Assembly: GCA_965287045.1 (NCBI GenBank)
Contig: OZ336876.1
Coordinates: forward strand, 5,146,001-5,210,000
From: Carcharhinus amblyrhynchos
Taxonomy: Eukaryota
Reading direction: 5' to 3'
DNA length: 64,000 nt
Below the pieces are notes generated by a model. That model saw only the letters and a program-made list of their open reading frames with translations, was not told the origin of the DNA and made no database searches. A program made the position numbers and the translations under genes. This document shows, in pieces, positions 62,960 to 64,000 of the stretch; the first letter of the stretch is position 1, and the number at the start of each line of letters is the position of its first letter.

Positions 62960-63500
62960 ATCCCCAACGACCTATGTAAGCACCTTCAGGTCGTACAGCT
63001 CACCCAGTACCCCTATTTCTGCACATCCTCAAACAGCTATAATGCGACCTACATCTGTAATATTCTCCATTATCAATAATAGTCCCTACATCTCCATACT
63101 ACTGAATTCTCTGGAACTCCCTCATTGCTGCAAATTGCGGCCTCCTTAACTTTTCAATCTTTTTGATGCGATTTCTCTGTCACCTTATTCGAAGCCAGCA
63201 ACTTTCCCAGGATCTGTAATTCCCCCTTCAGCTCTCCCTTTTTTGTGTAACCTCCTCCAGTCATGACTACATTTCCTGTCTTTGCAACCTACGCTGGCAC
63301 CCGCAACACTCCCTCTATCTGGAATCTACTTCAGTCTTCACAATCATACAAGATATCTCAACATTTTCATCCCAGCATTTTACCATTTCAATAGCCCTAC
63401 CATTGAAGGTCTTTGCCTCAGCTCCCTGAATGAAAAGTCATTCAATTCCATTCAACTTTATTCTCAGCCTCTTCCTCTCTCATCTTTTATATACACCTTA
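62960..63500. repeat. Diverged C/T-rich tandem repeat, same family as 54255-54990
   Basis: tgtaacctcctccag-type units. Confidence 0.6.
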
Positions 63501-64000
63501 ACAGGAAAATAACGGTGGTTTAAAGAGAATTATACTTGCATTGGTAAACATTAGATAAGAAATGTGTTGTTTTATGTGGATTTAATTTAATGCTTCTGTG
63601 TCTGGATGGGTAGAATCCATAGCTAGCTTCAGGATTGAAATACATGTGCATGTGTGGCGGTTGGTTAAGTTCAAACTTTGTTTCTATTGTGCTTAGAGAG
63701 GGCTACAACATGAATAATTAATAAAAGGCATAAGCATTTGGAGGTTGATTAGCAATTGTGGTATTTTAAGTTAGAGAAGTGTTTAAGTTTTAATTTACCT
63801 AGTTTAATTGTAATAGAAAATAGGCATCATATGGGATAATGGTTAAAAAAAACCTGGAAATTTGGAGTTCAGATAATTAAGGAAACTATGAAGATGAACA
63901 GAATTGTCCAGTAAACCTGGAGTTAAATGAACAGAGACCAAGACATTGTTCAGAAGAATTCCGGGAAGGGCAAGCATTGTTCAAAATTAAGAGACAACTG

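Overview
This is eukaryotic (vertebrate) genomic DNA, very probably from a shark or other elasmobranch, judging from the HE1-type SINEs, CR1/HER1-type LINEs and shark-type tandem repeats. The window holds a tandem cluster of six paralogous two-exon rhodopsin-class GPCR genes of the GPR139/GPR142-like type. Three look intact: G1 (1465-5841), G2 (12879-24321) and G4 (41673-46847), all on the minus strand. Three are pseudogenes: G3 (~27836-30223, minus), G5 (51524-52422, minus) and G6 (60354-~61580, plus). The ORF track misses the true starts. Five of the six genes have a 67-73 nt first exon (ending ...GVP-G|gtRag in four of them; the G3 copy is degenerate) spliced in phase 1 to a ~900 nt second exon; no first exon was found for G5. 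The first exons share a compact upstream module: a TATA box, an O/E(EBF)-like site, a TAAT, and a forkhead/E-box element that has decayed in the pseudogenes. Birth-and-death clustering, this promoter architecture and relatedness to amino-acid-sensing GPR139/142 suggest an unrecognised chemosensory receptor family; this is inference. Other notable items are an intronless MRPL55 copy enclosed by 17-bp terminal inverted repeats, a Gmr1-like (integrase-before-RT) Gypsy remnant with its 3' LTR inside the G2 intron, a 55-bp inverted repeat and several minisatellites. Most short ORFs in the track are spurious or derived from transposable elements. All alignments were done by eye; repeat boundaries are approximate.
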